Below, piece after piece: positions 48,790 through 59,534 of a DNA stretch of 64,000 nucleotides. Origin of the DNA: Takakia lepidozioides (taxonomy: Eukaryota > Plantae > Bryophyta); NCBI GenBank assembly GCA_030704615.1, contig CM060733.1, positions 61,752,001-61,816,000 of the forward strand. The letters run 5' to 3'. The position numbers were made by a program, and so were the translations under genes. The notes beneath the pieces were generated by a model. That model had not been told where the DNA came from. It did no database searches and worked only from the letters and a program-made list of their open reading frames with translations. The stretch's first letter is position 1. The number at the start of each line of letters is the position of its first letter.

Positions 48790-51392
48790 ATGACACAGGA
48801 TCGAGCACACTCTGGCATTGGTTCAAAATTTGATGTGCACCACGGAGCTCCAGATCAAGAATACAAATGGTACTGCCTTGTGGATGATAACTCAACAGTT
48901 CTACATCAGAGACAAAATTGCAACGGTTTCTTCTCCAGAGAGGATGGATTTCAGTAGTTATGGAATACTGTTGATTATTAGCAACATGCCAGGGATCTTT
49001 CTTGTAGTAATTGGGAGCGTATACTGTCAAAGAATTTTCTCAGACTAAGAGATCTGAGTCATGCAGGATAACAGGGTGGAATCATGCACGATATCTCGTT
49101 GCACATCAGAATAGCATCAGTGATAGCACTGCTGTCACCACTGCTTTTGAAAGAGACCCGGTCAATCGCAGGTATTCTAGCGCTTATGTGGATTTGAGAT
49201 CATTATGTAAGGAGGGACAACTGAAAGAGGCGCTGCACATTTTGAACCAACCAGGCATTCGGGCAGACTCCAACACTTACGTCTGTCTCTTGCAGGGTTG
49301 CATCAGGAGGAAAGCCCTAGCAGAGGGAAAGCAGGTGCACTCCCATATTGTCCTAAGTGGGTTCAGTCCATGCATCACCCTAGACAACACCCTTATCAAC
49401 ATGTACACCAAGTGCGGTAGCGCAGTGGAGGCACACCAAGTGTTTGACAAAATGCCTGAACGAAATATGTTTACGTGGAGTATGATGATTGCAGGATTTG
49501 CTAAGCTTGGGCTTGCTGAGAAGGCTTTCAAACTCTATGAGAAAATGCAAGGGGAAGGGGTAACACCCGACAAGGTGACATTCACTTGTGTTCTCAATGC
49601 ATGTGCCAAGCTAGGAAGCCTGGAAAGAGGGCAGCGGGTCCATGCTGACATCATCAAAACTGGAATTCTGTCAGACGTTACTTTGGAGACAACCCTTATT
49701 GACATGTATGCCAAATGTGGAAGCATAATAGATGCTCGGCAGATGTTCGATAAAATGGTGAAACGAAATGTGGTCTCATGGACCGCAATGATTGCAGGAT
49801 ATGCCAAATGCGGTAGCATGAAGGATGCACTATTATTATTCAACACTATGGCTGAAAGAAATGTGGTCTCATGGAATGCCATGATTGCAGGATATGCTGA
49901 GCATGGACATGGGGAAGAGGCTTTGAAAATGTATGAGCACATGCAACGGGAAGGGGTTATGCCCAATGTGATCACGTTCATTGCTGTTCTGAACGCGTGT
50001 GCCAGCCTAGGAGCACTGGAAATGGGCAAGCAGGTCCATAGTAACATCATCAAAACTGGAATTAGGTCACCAGTTAATTTGGAGAATACCCTGATAGACA
50101 TGTACAGCAAATGCGGGAGCGTGATGGAGGCACTTGAAGTCTTTGATAAAATGGCTGAAGTTAATGTGGTGTCATGGAATGCTATGATTGCAGGCTATGC
50201 CCAGCAAGGGCATGGTGAACAGGCATTCCAGATGTATGAGCAAATGCAACGCAAAGGGGTGATACCTGATGGGGTCACATTCATATGTGTTCTGAATGCG
50301 TGTGCCAGCCTAGGGGCTCTGGAAAAGGGTAAACGTGTCCATGCTGACATCCTCAATACAGGAATTGCCCCATGTATAAATTTGAAGACCTCCCTTGTTG
50401 ACATGTTTGCCAAATGCGGGAGCCTAAAGGATGCACGTCAAGTATTTGATACAACGACGAACAGAGATGTAGTCTCATGGAATGCCATGATTTCAGGCTA
50501 CTCCCAGCATGGGCATGGTGAAGAAGCTTTCCGAACTTTTGAGCAAATGCTACAGGAAGGCTTGAAGCCAGATGGTATCACCTTCATGTCTCTTCTCTCT
50601 GCTTGTAGCCATGTAGGCCTTGTGGATGAAGGCCATCTCTATTTTCATTCCATGAGTCAAATTCATGGCCTGACACCTATGGTGGGCCATTTTGGGTGCA
50701 TGGTGGATCTTCTTGGCCGTGCAGGCCGCTTGGATGATGCAAAGGACTTAATTAAGAACATGCCAATCAAAGCAGAAGCTTCTGTGTGGCGGGCCTTGCT
50801 AGGTGCCTGCAGGGTTCATGGTGATGTGGAGCTAGCAGAATGTGCAGCAAACTGGATTCTCAAGTGGGATCCACAGCATGCTGCAGCTTATGTGCTGCTC
50901 TCAAACATCTATGCTGCAGCTGGCAGGTGGAATGATAAAGCAAAGATAAGACAAATGATGCAGGAAAGAGTTCTCAGAAAGGAGCCAGGGCGCAGCTGCA
51001 TTGAGATGAACAACCGTGTGCATGAATTTAATGCAGAAGATAAAGTGCATCCAGAAATCGAGGAAATCCATGTTGAGCTCAAGAGATTGTCTGGACAGAT
51101 GAGGGAGGCTGGCTATGTGCCTGACAACTGTTTTGTATTGCATGATGTGGAGGAGGAGCAAAAGGAATGTTCTCTTGGCCACCACAGTGAGAAGCTGGCC
51201 ATTGCTTTTGGGCTCATTAGAACACCCCCTGGAACGCCAGTCCGCATTATCAAGAACCTCCGGGTGTGCAGTGACTGCCACACCGCAACCAAGTTCATCT
51301 CAAAGATTGTTGGGCGAGCAGTTGTTGTACGGGATGCCAACCGCTTCCACCACTTCCAAGATGGAGTTTGCTCTTGTGGGGATTACTGGTGA
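48790..51392 (+). CDS. PLS-E1-E2-DYW pentatricopeptide repeat protein (organellar C-to-U RNA editing factor, DYW:PG type)
   Basis: Open frame 49011-51392 with 15 PPR motifs (including one SS), E1/E2, PG box KEPGRSCIE, HSEKLA, CSDCH and terminal DYW. There is no ATG before the first PPR motif; proposed exon 1 is 48790-48869, spliced to 49067 (uncertain). Confidence 0.93.
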
Positions 51393-53617
51393 CACACTCA
51401 ATATGCAACATGAAAGGGAGTGGTTGCTTGAGAGGTGCGGGTGGAAAGGTTATGGTCTGCTGTCAGTAATTTAAGCATCACATCGCGAAAAGAAGAGCCT
51501 GCACTTGCCTTTGTGATTCAAGACAGGCTTCCCAAATGTGAAGAAACAAGTGGTGTGATCATATGCAAGAGCGAGGAGCTCATTTCTGGTGAGCTGCTGA
51601 TGGTGATGTAAAACAAAACCTTACTGTAGAGGAGACCATCTACAATCACAAGGACAACTAGTCATGAAGAAAGCCCTGGAACAGTGGGGGTCCTGAAAGT
51701 GGACCTGATGCTTTGAAAAACGATTGATGAATTCCAAAAGTTCCTTCGAATTTCCAGAAAAGCTGGAGAGGGCCATGCTTGTCCAAAGTGGGAGATGGTC
51801 CTCCTCAACATGTGTGATTGGTTTTCCAGTATTGAGAATACTTGAAAGGCATGGTTGTGTGCGTATAAGGCAACTTGAAGGAAGCAGACTCTTGAATCTC
51901 GTCTCAAATTAAAGTTAAGGAACATCACTACCTCACCATGGAGATTCTCGCTGAAATTTGTTATTATTGTACACACAAGGAACTGGATGCAGGGCTAGAC
52001 AGAGTCAGCTTAGTCTAAGATCAGCCTGCTTAAATGATTTTCAAGCTCCTCATGTATTTTTCTCAGATGGTAGAGGGGTAGTAAAGATGGGCAAGGTGTT
52101 GTTGCCTCTTCTCTGCCACCAGCCATGAAGTGGATCGGTAACATTTACTAGGTTGGGAAACATTGAGGAACAGTGGGGGTCCTGAAAAGCTGATGGTGCC
52201 CATAGTTCCCCTAGGAACTGAAAGTGAACTGCACATACACACACAATACACACCTACCTCAAATTTGATGTATTCTAGTTATTCCCAGAAGGATACATCC
52301 AGAGGTAGAAGGTTGAGACCCTGATTCTTCCCAAATATGCTGTGTAGGTGCAATTCTGTGGCTGACGAGTCATTAGCACAGTTGTAAATAAGTGAATTTG
52401 CAACCCAGGAGAAGGCTTATCTGCAATGGCGATGATGAGCTTCCTTCAGTGGATGACCTGGGAGGTCATTCAATCAAATCCTAGCTTGAACTCTTTAGAC
52501 TATAAAGTTTCTGTTATTGCACAAGCCACACAGTACTGCGCTTGCCAGCTCTCTTTTTCCGATCTGATTTTTTCCTCTGATCAGTATACCAAATCTTTCC
52601 AACACTGTATGCCAAGCTGCAAAGTCAATTTTGTTCTATTATGCTGTTGTCAGAGCTTAATGAGATGTTACAATATTCTCTCTTCTCAATGTGGGAATCC
52701 TCTGTGTACATAGCATTCCATTGATACGGATGAGATGAATACTATGACTTTGTTATCTCCTCGGAGGTTGATTAGACTTGCTTTGTTTCCTTGCTCTGGG
52801 AGAATCTCTGTTTCTTTCTTGAGCTCAAGCAACCTCTGAGGGACTATGTAGTATACTGAGTATACATTTTGTGTATTTATCTAAAATGAGCTGAAAGCTG
52901 TATTCTGCGTGTAAACTTCTCCCAGGTCCAAGAGAACATACAACTGGAGCTTCGTTTACTTCAGAAATTGGTACTCCAAATTTTGTGTATTTAATCAGGT
53001 GCCAAGACGTCGAAACTGTTTATGTGCCCCTGTTGGGAGAGAAAGCAAGTCCTATTTCATAACCCAGCTTTCGACATTGACAGTAAGGGTTTAGCTTCAA
53101 GCTTACGCATGCATTGAGTGTGGAATCCTGCTGCATGAGAAACTTTTGCTTCCCCCCCATTGGCAACAACTACTTCAAAGTTCCATTTTCAAAAATCTCT
53201 ACACTTTGACCTTCAAAAACATTTCAAGTGCAACAAACATTTGCAAAATGTCACTTACTGTATTTTCTGCTTCAGTCTCTGTGAAGGCACATTTAGCTCT
53301 TAAACAGACCCATAGAAAGAAGTCTCACCTTGGAAAGAAGCTGTGCATGTTCATTGATGTTAAACGCTGGCTATGCTCACTCTGCCCTTCAAGTTAAATC
53401 TCAAGATGGTGGACACAGGGCTGATGCCTAGACTGTGTAGGGCACCTCAAAGTTAGTTCCAAATCAATCAAAAGTTGCATTCCATACCCAACACTTGACC
53501 AACAACTGTTTTAAATGTTTCTAGTGACAACTAGAACTGCAAAACTGCAGCATATCTACTGCATTTGTCACTCTGGCGCACAAGGTGCCCCACTGAGAAC
53601 AATCAGCCCATAACTCT

Positions 53618-55357
53618 TCAGGACTTGTCGCTAAAAGAAAGAACAGGAATCAATACGTCTATTTGAGTTTCTTGGGTTCCCACCTCCAATCTTTCTTGGA
53701 ACTTGGTATCGTTGCACTTGAGCATCCATGCAAGGCTGCATTTGACTCCTTTCTCTGTAATCTGTTCATAACGTGGCCGTATTCTATTGTCCAGACTGTA
53801 TGTGAAGTACATTGGGAACTCCACCACGTCTTTCACATTTCGCTTCATCTCTTCCACCAAAAAATCCAGACTGGGTTTTAACATTTGGTCAATGCTCAGG
53901 GCCAGCAATTGTGGGCACGCAGTTACCATCTGACCAACATCTTCTGCTGAAAATCCAGCCTGCCTCAGAAAATCTACCCTGGCTGTCCCCAATGGCACAT
54001 TTATTACAAGGATTTGTGGGAGTTTTTCCAAGATTTGTCCCATACTGTCTTCTCTGATGCCCACTATGGAAGTGAGCCATGGCAGTTTCTCTGCCAGTTT
54101 TACCTTGACATCTAGTCCCAGGACTTCTGGAAACTGCACAAGAAAGTGCGCTATGGCCTCCCTTTTCACCCCTATTTCCAGCAAACTGTCAACAGTAGGT
54201 CGCATCTGGTCTGCCAATCCCAACCCCAGTATGAAGGGCTGCTTCTCGATCATCTTTGAAATGACTGGCCTAGGTATGCCAAAGCTTATTAGGTAGTCGA
54301 CCTTTGGTTTGATGTTATTGCCAACGCGCATACCCAGAATTTCAGGCTTCTCTGTTAGGATACCACCTATCTCTCTGGGATTCACACCAATCATGACGAG
54401 GTAAGCAATCGAGGTGCTCATCGTTCCTTCAATGTTGAAACCAAATACATCTGGATACCTTGTCAACACACTTCCAAGCTGCTTTAGCTGAATGCCCAGG
54501 CCCTGCAGGTAGGTCACAATTGGTTCCAAATCGACAACCACACTCGCATGCAATATCCTTGGGTACTTCCGTATTAAAATGGGTAGAGAGTTGGTGGTAA
54601 TTTTCAGAGATTCTAGGTAGTTGAGGACCGGAATGAGGTTCTTCTTCACACTGCAACCAACCATGAGGGGATAATCATTTATGTCGCTTACTGTGAGACC
54701 AATTTTCGTCAGGAATTCTACGCGTTCTCTCACAACCTCAAGAGATGTTGGAAGGTCCACACCTTCCAGTTCGCTGCTATCAATGCCCTCGCTGCGCAAG
54801 TATTCCAACACCACCTCCTGATCCGTAAGGTGTTTTCCATAATCCTCAACTTCTCCCGCCGTTACACTTGGTTCCGCGAATGCATAAGCGGCTAGGAAGG
54901 GCACTGTCGTTAACATACTCCTTGATGAATGATGCGATTTATGTATCCTGTAAAACCCTAAACATCTACAGCTACTTTTAAGGCCTGTTTCCATGCTGCT
55001 GGAAGAACTGCGTGCTTGTGTCTGTTTTCCTTCTGCCAACGCTTTCGCGTTCATGCACCCCTGCCCCAGACAGACATAAGGATAAGAGTTTGCCCGAACA
55101 CCACGTCGCAGAGCCTCCTTCAGTCTCCCCTCCTCACAGAACCTCCTCACATCCTCAAGAGTTCCAGCCTTAAGCTTGATGACTCGCTCTCTTGGGCATG
55201 TCCTAAAAATGGTGGTGATGGCTGACGCGCTACTCCCAGTCTGATGTCCCATCAACATTTGTCGCTGATGTGAACCTGCCATCCCGCATGACTCACAACT
55301 TCTGGTTACAAGTTGTGGTTGGAAACATCCAAATACCTCTGGAGACCTGGTAGACAT
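53618..55357 (-). CDS. MTERF4: mTERF4/BSM/RUG2-like mTERF protein with PPR-derived N-terminal extension
   Basis: 579-aa intronless ORF. ERVEFL..GLT..DINDYPLMVGCSVKKN, ILHASVVVDL, FNIEGTMSTSIAYL and FTYSL...KCSLAWML are mTERF4-type signatures. Residues ~8-115 align with the N-termini of the PPRs at 49011 and 56889. Confidence 0.88.
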   Translation of the reverse strand: MSTRSPEVFGCFQPQLVTRSCESCGMAGSHQRQMLMGHQTGSSASAITTIFRTCPRERVIKLKAGTLEDVRRFCEEGRLKEALRRGVRANSYPYVCLGQGCMNAKALAEGKQTQARSSSSSMETGLKSSCRCLGFYRIHKSHHSSRSMLTTVPFLAAYAFAEPSVTAGEVEDYGKHLTDQEVVLEYLRSEGIDSSELEGVDLPTSLEVVRERVEFLTKIGLTVSDINDYPLMVGCSVKKNLIPVLNYLESLKITTNSLPILIRKYPRILHASVVVDLEPIVTYLQGLGIQLKQLGSVLTRYPDVFGFNIEGTMSTSIAYLVMIGVNPREIGGILTEKPEILGMRVGNNIKPKVDYLISFGIPRPVISKMIEKQPFILGLGLADQMRPTVDSLLEIGVKREAIAHFLVQFPEVLGLDVKVKLAEKLPWLTSIVGIREDSMGQILEKLPQILVINVPLGTARVDFLRQAGFSAEDVGQMVTACPQLLALSIDQMLKPSLDFLVEEMKRNVKDVVEFPMYFTYSLDNRIRPRYEQITEKGVKCSLAWMLKCNDTKFQERLEVGTQETQIDVLIPVLSFSDKS

Positions 55358-55384
55358 ATGTCCTCGTGAAATGGGCAGAGTTCA

Positions 55385-55730
55385 GAGCCTATTGAAGGTA
55401 CTTGAGCGCGTGGTGAGAGACCGGGTGACTCGGCAAGTAGCAGAGCTTGCCTAGCTCAACTACATGTATGGCAATCTCGACAAGATCTGTCACCATTCAT
55501 GTTCGCCATCTCTGTCACCTCGCAGCCGTCCGCAAGAGAAAGTGTACGGTCGATCAAAACACGATGTTTCAAAAACAATCCCCGTGTGCCAACGATGAAT
55601 CCCTTGATTTCCTAACGGCTTTACGCCTTTAAACGCCTTTAAACGCCTTTAAACTGCGATCACACCATCCATATCCATATCCATATCCTACAAATCAGCA
55701 AAGAGCATCCGAACCATGTTTTAATCTACT
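55385..55730 (+). pseudogene. Degenerate duplicate of the FtsHi2 last exon and 3'UTR
   Basis: TGGTGAGAGACCGGGTGACTCGGCAAG..AGAGCTTGC...GTATGGCAATCTCGACAAG matches ~14471-14541. GAGAAAGTGTA matches ~14652. AGAGCATCC.AACCATGTTTT matches ~14853. Confidence 0.8.
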
Positions 55731-57089
55731 TACAAGCTTTCAACAGTTCTACTGCCTGCTCAATAATCTCGTTAAGGAATCCATTAAGAGAATGTTGTAA
55801 TGAAGCAGGGGATGAAAGAAGTCGGCATCGGAGGTATAGTTTGTGGGTCTCAAGTCTCAAGTCTCACGGAAAGCGAAGCAGCAATCTAGAGGAGAACCAG
55901 AACGTTACCTGTGCCCTACACTGGAGCCATGCAGGCTCAAATCTGTCCTTGCTCTGATACCAGCAGAAGCACTCATCTTGGTCCAAAAAGTCCACGGGAC
56001 TGTCAATCAAGAGGTGCGAGAAACGCGAGTATAACCGAACCCCTTGTCCCACTCCATCAGCGTCTTCTGCAACATCTGCAAGTACTGGTAAAATTCTGCT
56101 CCCGGCCATCCATTGTAGATGTGTGTCTGTGTTTAACAACGACCTTTTAGACTTTACTTGCCGTTTGGGCGGAGTAGGAAAGGCAAGGAGAGGGAACAGA
56201 GGAGAGCAGAATGGATGCCACTGCAGTCGCGATTGGTTCGCCCCAGTAGTGGGACTAGGCAGATGAGTGTGGGAGTGTGAGGCTGCCACTTTCATATAAG
56301 ATCGTTTTGAGACATTATGCAATCACAAGCTGGCCTCATCGGCGACAAGTGCCAGTCTGATACCTTGCCAATTGCTGGGCTTGCAGCACAAATGAACATA
56401 CCGAGGTCTACTCTTTGGACCATTGCAACACCTGCAGACCAAAAGTGGCATGGGACGTACGAGGCAATGAACTGAAATTGTACTTGTATGCAGGCCAAGC
56501 AATGAGGATAGAACAGGAATTGATGTCAGATCTTTCCCAATCGGATAACAATTCTGTAAAGGTGAGGCCGTCTGTTTCGCTCGCCTAGCTTGTACTGGTC
56601 TTAGGAGGTAAATGGACAGAAAGGTCCCTGTTCTGACACTGCCATGATCATACATTGTACATGGGCCACAGTTACAGTTGAATACAATCAATAGCAGTTC
56701 GTATTGGTGGATCACGAAGTTGTAGAGTGACAAGTTGGATGCTCAAAGTTGGGTCCTGTTTGAAATATGCTTGGGAGCTTGGATGGTGGTGGTGTCAGTC
56801 GGTACAAGGCTGGAATCTATGCGGTGCCTGCTGAGCTGCACAATGGTGGTTAGCACAGAACTAGGGATTGAGAGTAGTTTGACTAGCCTTGGGTGAAGGC
56901 AAGGCTAGCTGCCATGACACAAAGTCAAGCAAAATCAGATGGAGGGTGGAAATCAGAGTGTGGTTTGAACTTTATGGTGAATATGCTCCCTGGAAGTCTC
57001 TAGACCAGAGTCGTTTGGGTGGAAAGGCAGATTATCTGGGATCTTTCAAATTACCAAAAGTCTTAACTAGAAATGTTGAGTCATGCAGG

Positions 57090-59534
57090 ATGGCAAGGTC
57101 ACACCAGGGACGAAGGCTTGTTCTACATCCGACTGGCGGCTGGGGTAGTACCTCCACCACTTTCAGTAGAGGACCAAGAGAGAAAGGCAGCAACATTACA
57201 GCTGACACTCTTGGGGATGTGAGGAGACTATGTAAGGAGGGAAGTCTGAAAGAGGCTCTGCACATCCTGGAACAACCAGGTGTTCGGGTAGACCCCAATA
57301 CTTATGTTTGTATCTTGCAGGGGTGCGTCAACATGAAAGCACTGGCAGAAGGAAAGCAGTTACATGCACACATTCTCCAAAGTGAACTAAGGCCAGACAT
57401 CTTTCTTGGTAACAGCCTTGTCAACATGTATGCCAAGTGCGGGAGCATGGTGGATGCTCGACGAGTGTTTGATGAAATGCATCAACGAGACGTACTCACG
57501 TGGACTACGATGATGGCAGGATATGCCAAGCGTGGGCGTGCCGAGGAGGTTTTCAAAATTTATGAACAGATGCAATGGGAAGGGGTGAGGCCCAACAGGG
57601 TCACATTCCTATGTGTCCTCAATGCAAGTGCCAGCCTTGGATCCCTGGATAAGGGCAAGCAGGTCCATACTGACATCATCAAAGCTGGAATTGTGTCATT
57701 TATTAATTTGGAGAATACCCTCGTTCACATGTATGCTAAATGTGGGAGCATAAAGGCTGCACGTCAAGTTTTTGACATAATGGCAAAACGAGATGTGGTC
57801 TCATGGAATATATTGATTGCCGGATATGCTCAACATGGGCCTGCTGAAAAGGCTTTCAAAATCTACAAGGAAATGGCACAGGAAGGGATCTTGCCTGACA
57901 GGGTCACATTCATTTGCCTTCTCCAGGCATTTGCCAATATAGGAGCCCTGGAAATAGGCAAGCAGGTCCATGCAGACATCATCAAAGCTGGAATTGCCTC
58001 AGACTCTATTCTGGAGACAGCCCTTCTTGACATGTATGCAAAATGTGGGAGTGTAAAGGATGCGCGGCAAGTATTTGATAACATGGCCAAACGAGATGTG
58101 GTGTCATGGAGTGCAATGATTGCAGGATATGGCCAGCATGGGCAAGGTGAAGAGGCTCTTAAGATCTATGAGCAAATGCAACAGGAAAGAGTGACGCCCA
58201 ACAGTGTCACTTTCATTTGCATTCTCAATGCTTGTGCCAGCCTAGGAGCTTTGGAAAAGGGCAAGCAAATCCATTCTGACATCATCCAAGCTGGAATTGT
58301 CCCATGTCTTAGTTTGGAGAACACCATTGTGGATACATATATGAAGAGTGGAGGTTTAAAGGATGCGCATCAAGTGTTCAACAAAATGGCTAAACACGAT
58401 GTGGTCTCCTGGAATGCAATGATTGCAGGGTATGCTCAGCATGGGCATGGTGAAGAGGCGCTTAAAATTTATGAGCAAATGCAACATGAAAGGGTGCTAC
58501 CTGATAGGGTGACATTCATTTGCACTCTCAATGCATGTGTCAGCCTAGGAGCCTTGGAAAAGGGCAAGCAAGTCCATGCTGACATCATCAAAGCTGGAAT
58601 TGCCTCATATCTTAATTTGCAGAATGCCCTTGTAAACATGTATGCCAAATGTGGGAGTGTAATGGATGCACTTCAAGTGTTTGACGAAATGATCAAACGA
58701 GATGTGGTCTCATGGAATGCAATCATTGCAGGTTATGCTCAGCACGGGCATGGTGAAGGTGCTGTTCAAATGTTTGAGAAAATGCAAGGTGAGGGGGTGA
58801 AGCCTGACGGCATCACCTTCATTAGCATTCTCAATGCGTGTGCCACTCTCGGAGCCCTGGAAAAGTGCAAGCAGGTCCATGTTGACCTCATTAAAGCTGG
58901 AATTGTGGCAGACGTGAATGTGGAGACAGCCCTTGTTGACACATATTGCAAATGCGGGAGTGTAGAGGATGCACGGGAATTGTTTGATAAAATGGCTAAA
59001 CGAGATATGGTCTCATGGAGTGCGATGATCACAGGATACGCCCAGCATGGGTGTAGTAGAAAGGCTCTGAAACTCTTTGAACAAATGCAACAGGAAGGCT
59101 ACAAGCCTGACGGCATCACCTTTACTTCTGTTATCTCTGCATGCAGTCATATGGGTCTAGTTGATGAAGGTTGTCACTACTTCCATTCTATGTGTCGAGA
59201 TCATGGCCTCCCTCCTACTGTGGAGCATTTTGGCTGCATGGTGGACCTTCTTAGCCGTGCAGGACGATTGGATGAGGCAGAGGAGCTCATAAACAAAATG
59301 CCAATTGAACCAGGGATTGCGGTGTGGATGACGTTGCTTGGTGCCTGCAGACTTCACAGCAATGTGGACGTTGCAGAACGTGCCGCAAAAAGAATTCTTA
59401 AGAGTGATCCTCAGGACAGTGCCGCTTATGTGCTGCTTTGGAATATCTATGCTGCAGCTGGCAGATGGGATGATCGAGCAAAATTGAGAAAAATGCTAGA
59501 GGATGGGGTGTTGGAAAGGAGCCCAGTGTATTGA
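57090..59534 (+). CDS. PLS-E class PPR protein (20 PPR motifs, E1-E2, no DYW)
   Basis: Open frame 56889-59534 with first ATG at 57090. L-S-(P-L-S)x5-P2-L2-S2, then WMTLLGACRLH (E1) and AYVLLWNIYAAAGRW (E2), ending ERSPVY*. Confidence 0.92.
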   Translation: MARSHQGRRLVLHPTGGWGSTSTTFSRGPREKGSNITADTLGDVRRLCKEGSLKEALHILEQPGVRVDPNTYVCILQGCVNMKALAEGKQLHAHILQSELRPDIFLGNSLVNMYAKCGSMVDARRVFDEMHQRDVLTWTTMMAGYAKRGRAEEVFKIYEQMQWEGVRPNRVTFLCVLNASASLGSLDKGKQVHTDIIKAGIVSFINLENTLVHMYAKCGSIKAARQVFDIMAKRDVVSWNILIAGYAQHGPAEKAFKIYKEMAQEGILPDRVTFICLLQAFANIGALEIGKQVHADIIKAGIASDSILETALLDMYAKCGSVKDARQVFDNMAKRDVVSWSAMIAGYGQHGQGEEALKIYEQMQQERVTPNSVTFICILNACASLGALEKGKQIHSDIIQAGIVPCLSLENTIVDTYMKSGGLKDAHQVFNKMAKHDVVSWNAMIAGYAQHGHGEEALKIYEQMQHERVLPDRVTFICTLNACVSLGALEKGKQVHADIIKAGIASYLNLQNALVNMYAKCGSVMDALQVFDEMIKRDVVSWNAIIAGYAQHGHGEGAVQMFEKMQGEGVKPDGITFISILNACATLGALEKCKQVHVDLIKAGIVADVNVETALVDTYCKCGSVEDARELFDKMAKRDMVSWSAMITGYAQHGCSRKALKLFEQMQQEGYKPDGITFTSVISACSHMGLVDEGCHYFHSMCRDHGLPPTVEHFGCMVDLLSRAGRLDEAEELINKMPIEPGIAVWMTLLGACRLHSNVDVAERAAKRILKSDPQDSAAYVLLWNIYAAAGRWDDRAKLRKMLEDGVLERSPVY

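Noticed and set aside
50960-51392. U-to-C (DYW:KP) editing domain
   Set aside because: The PG box, HSEK and terminal DYW are canonical C-to-U type features.
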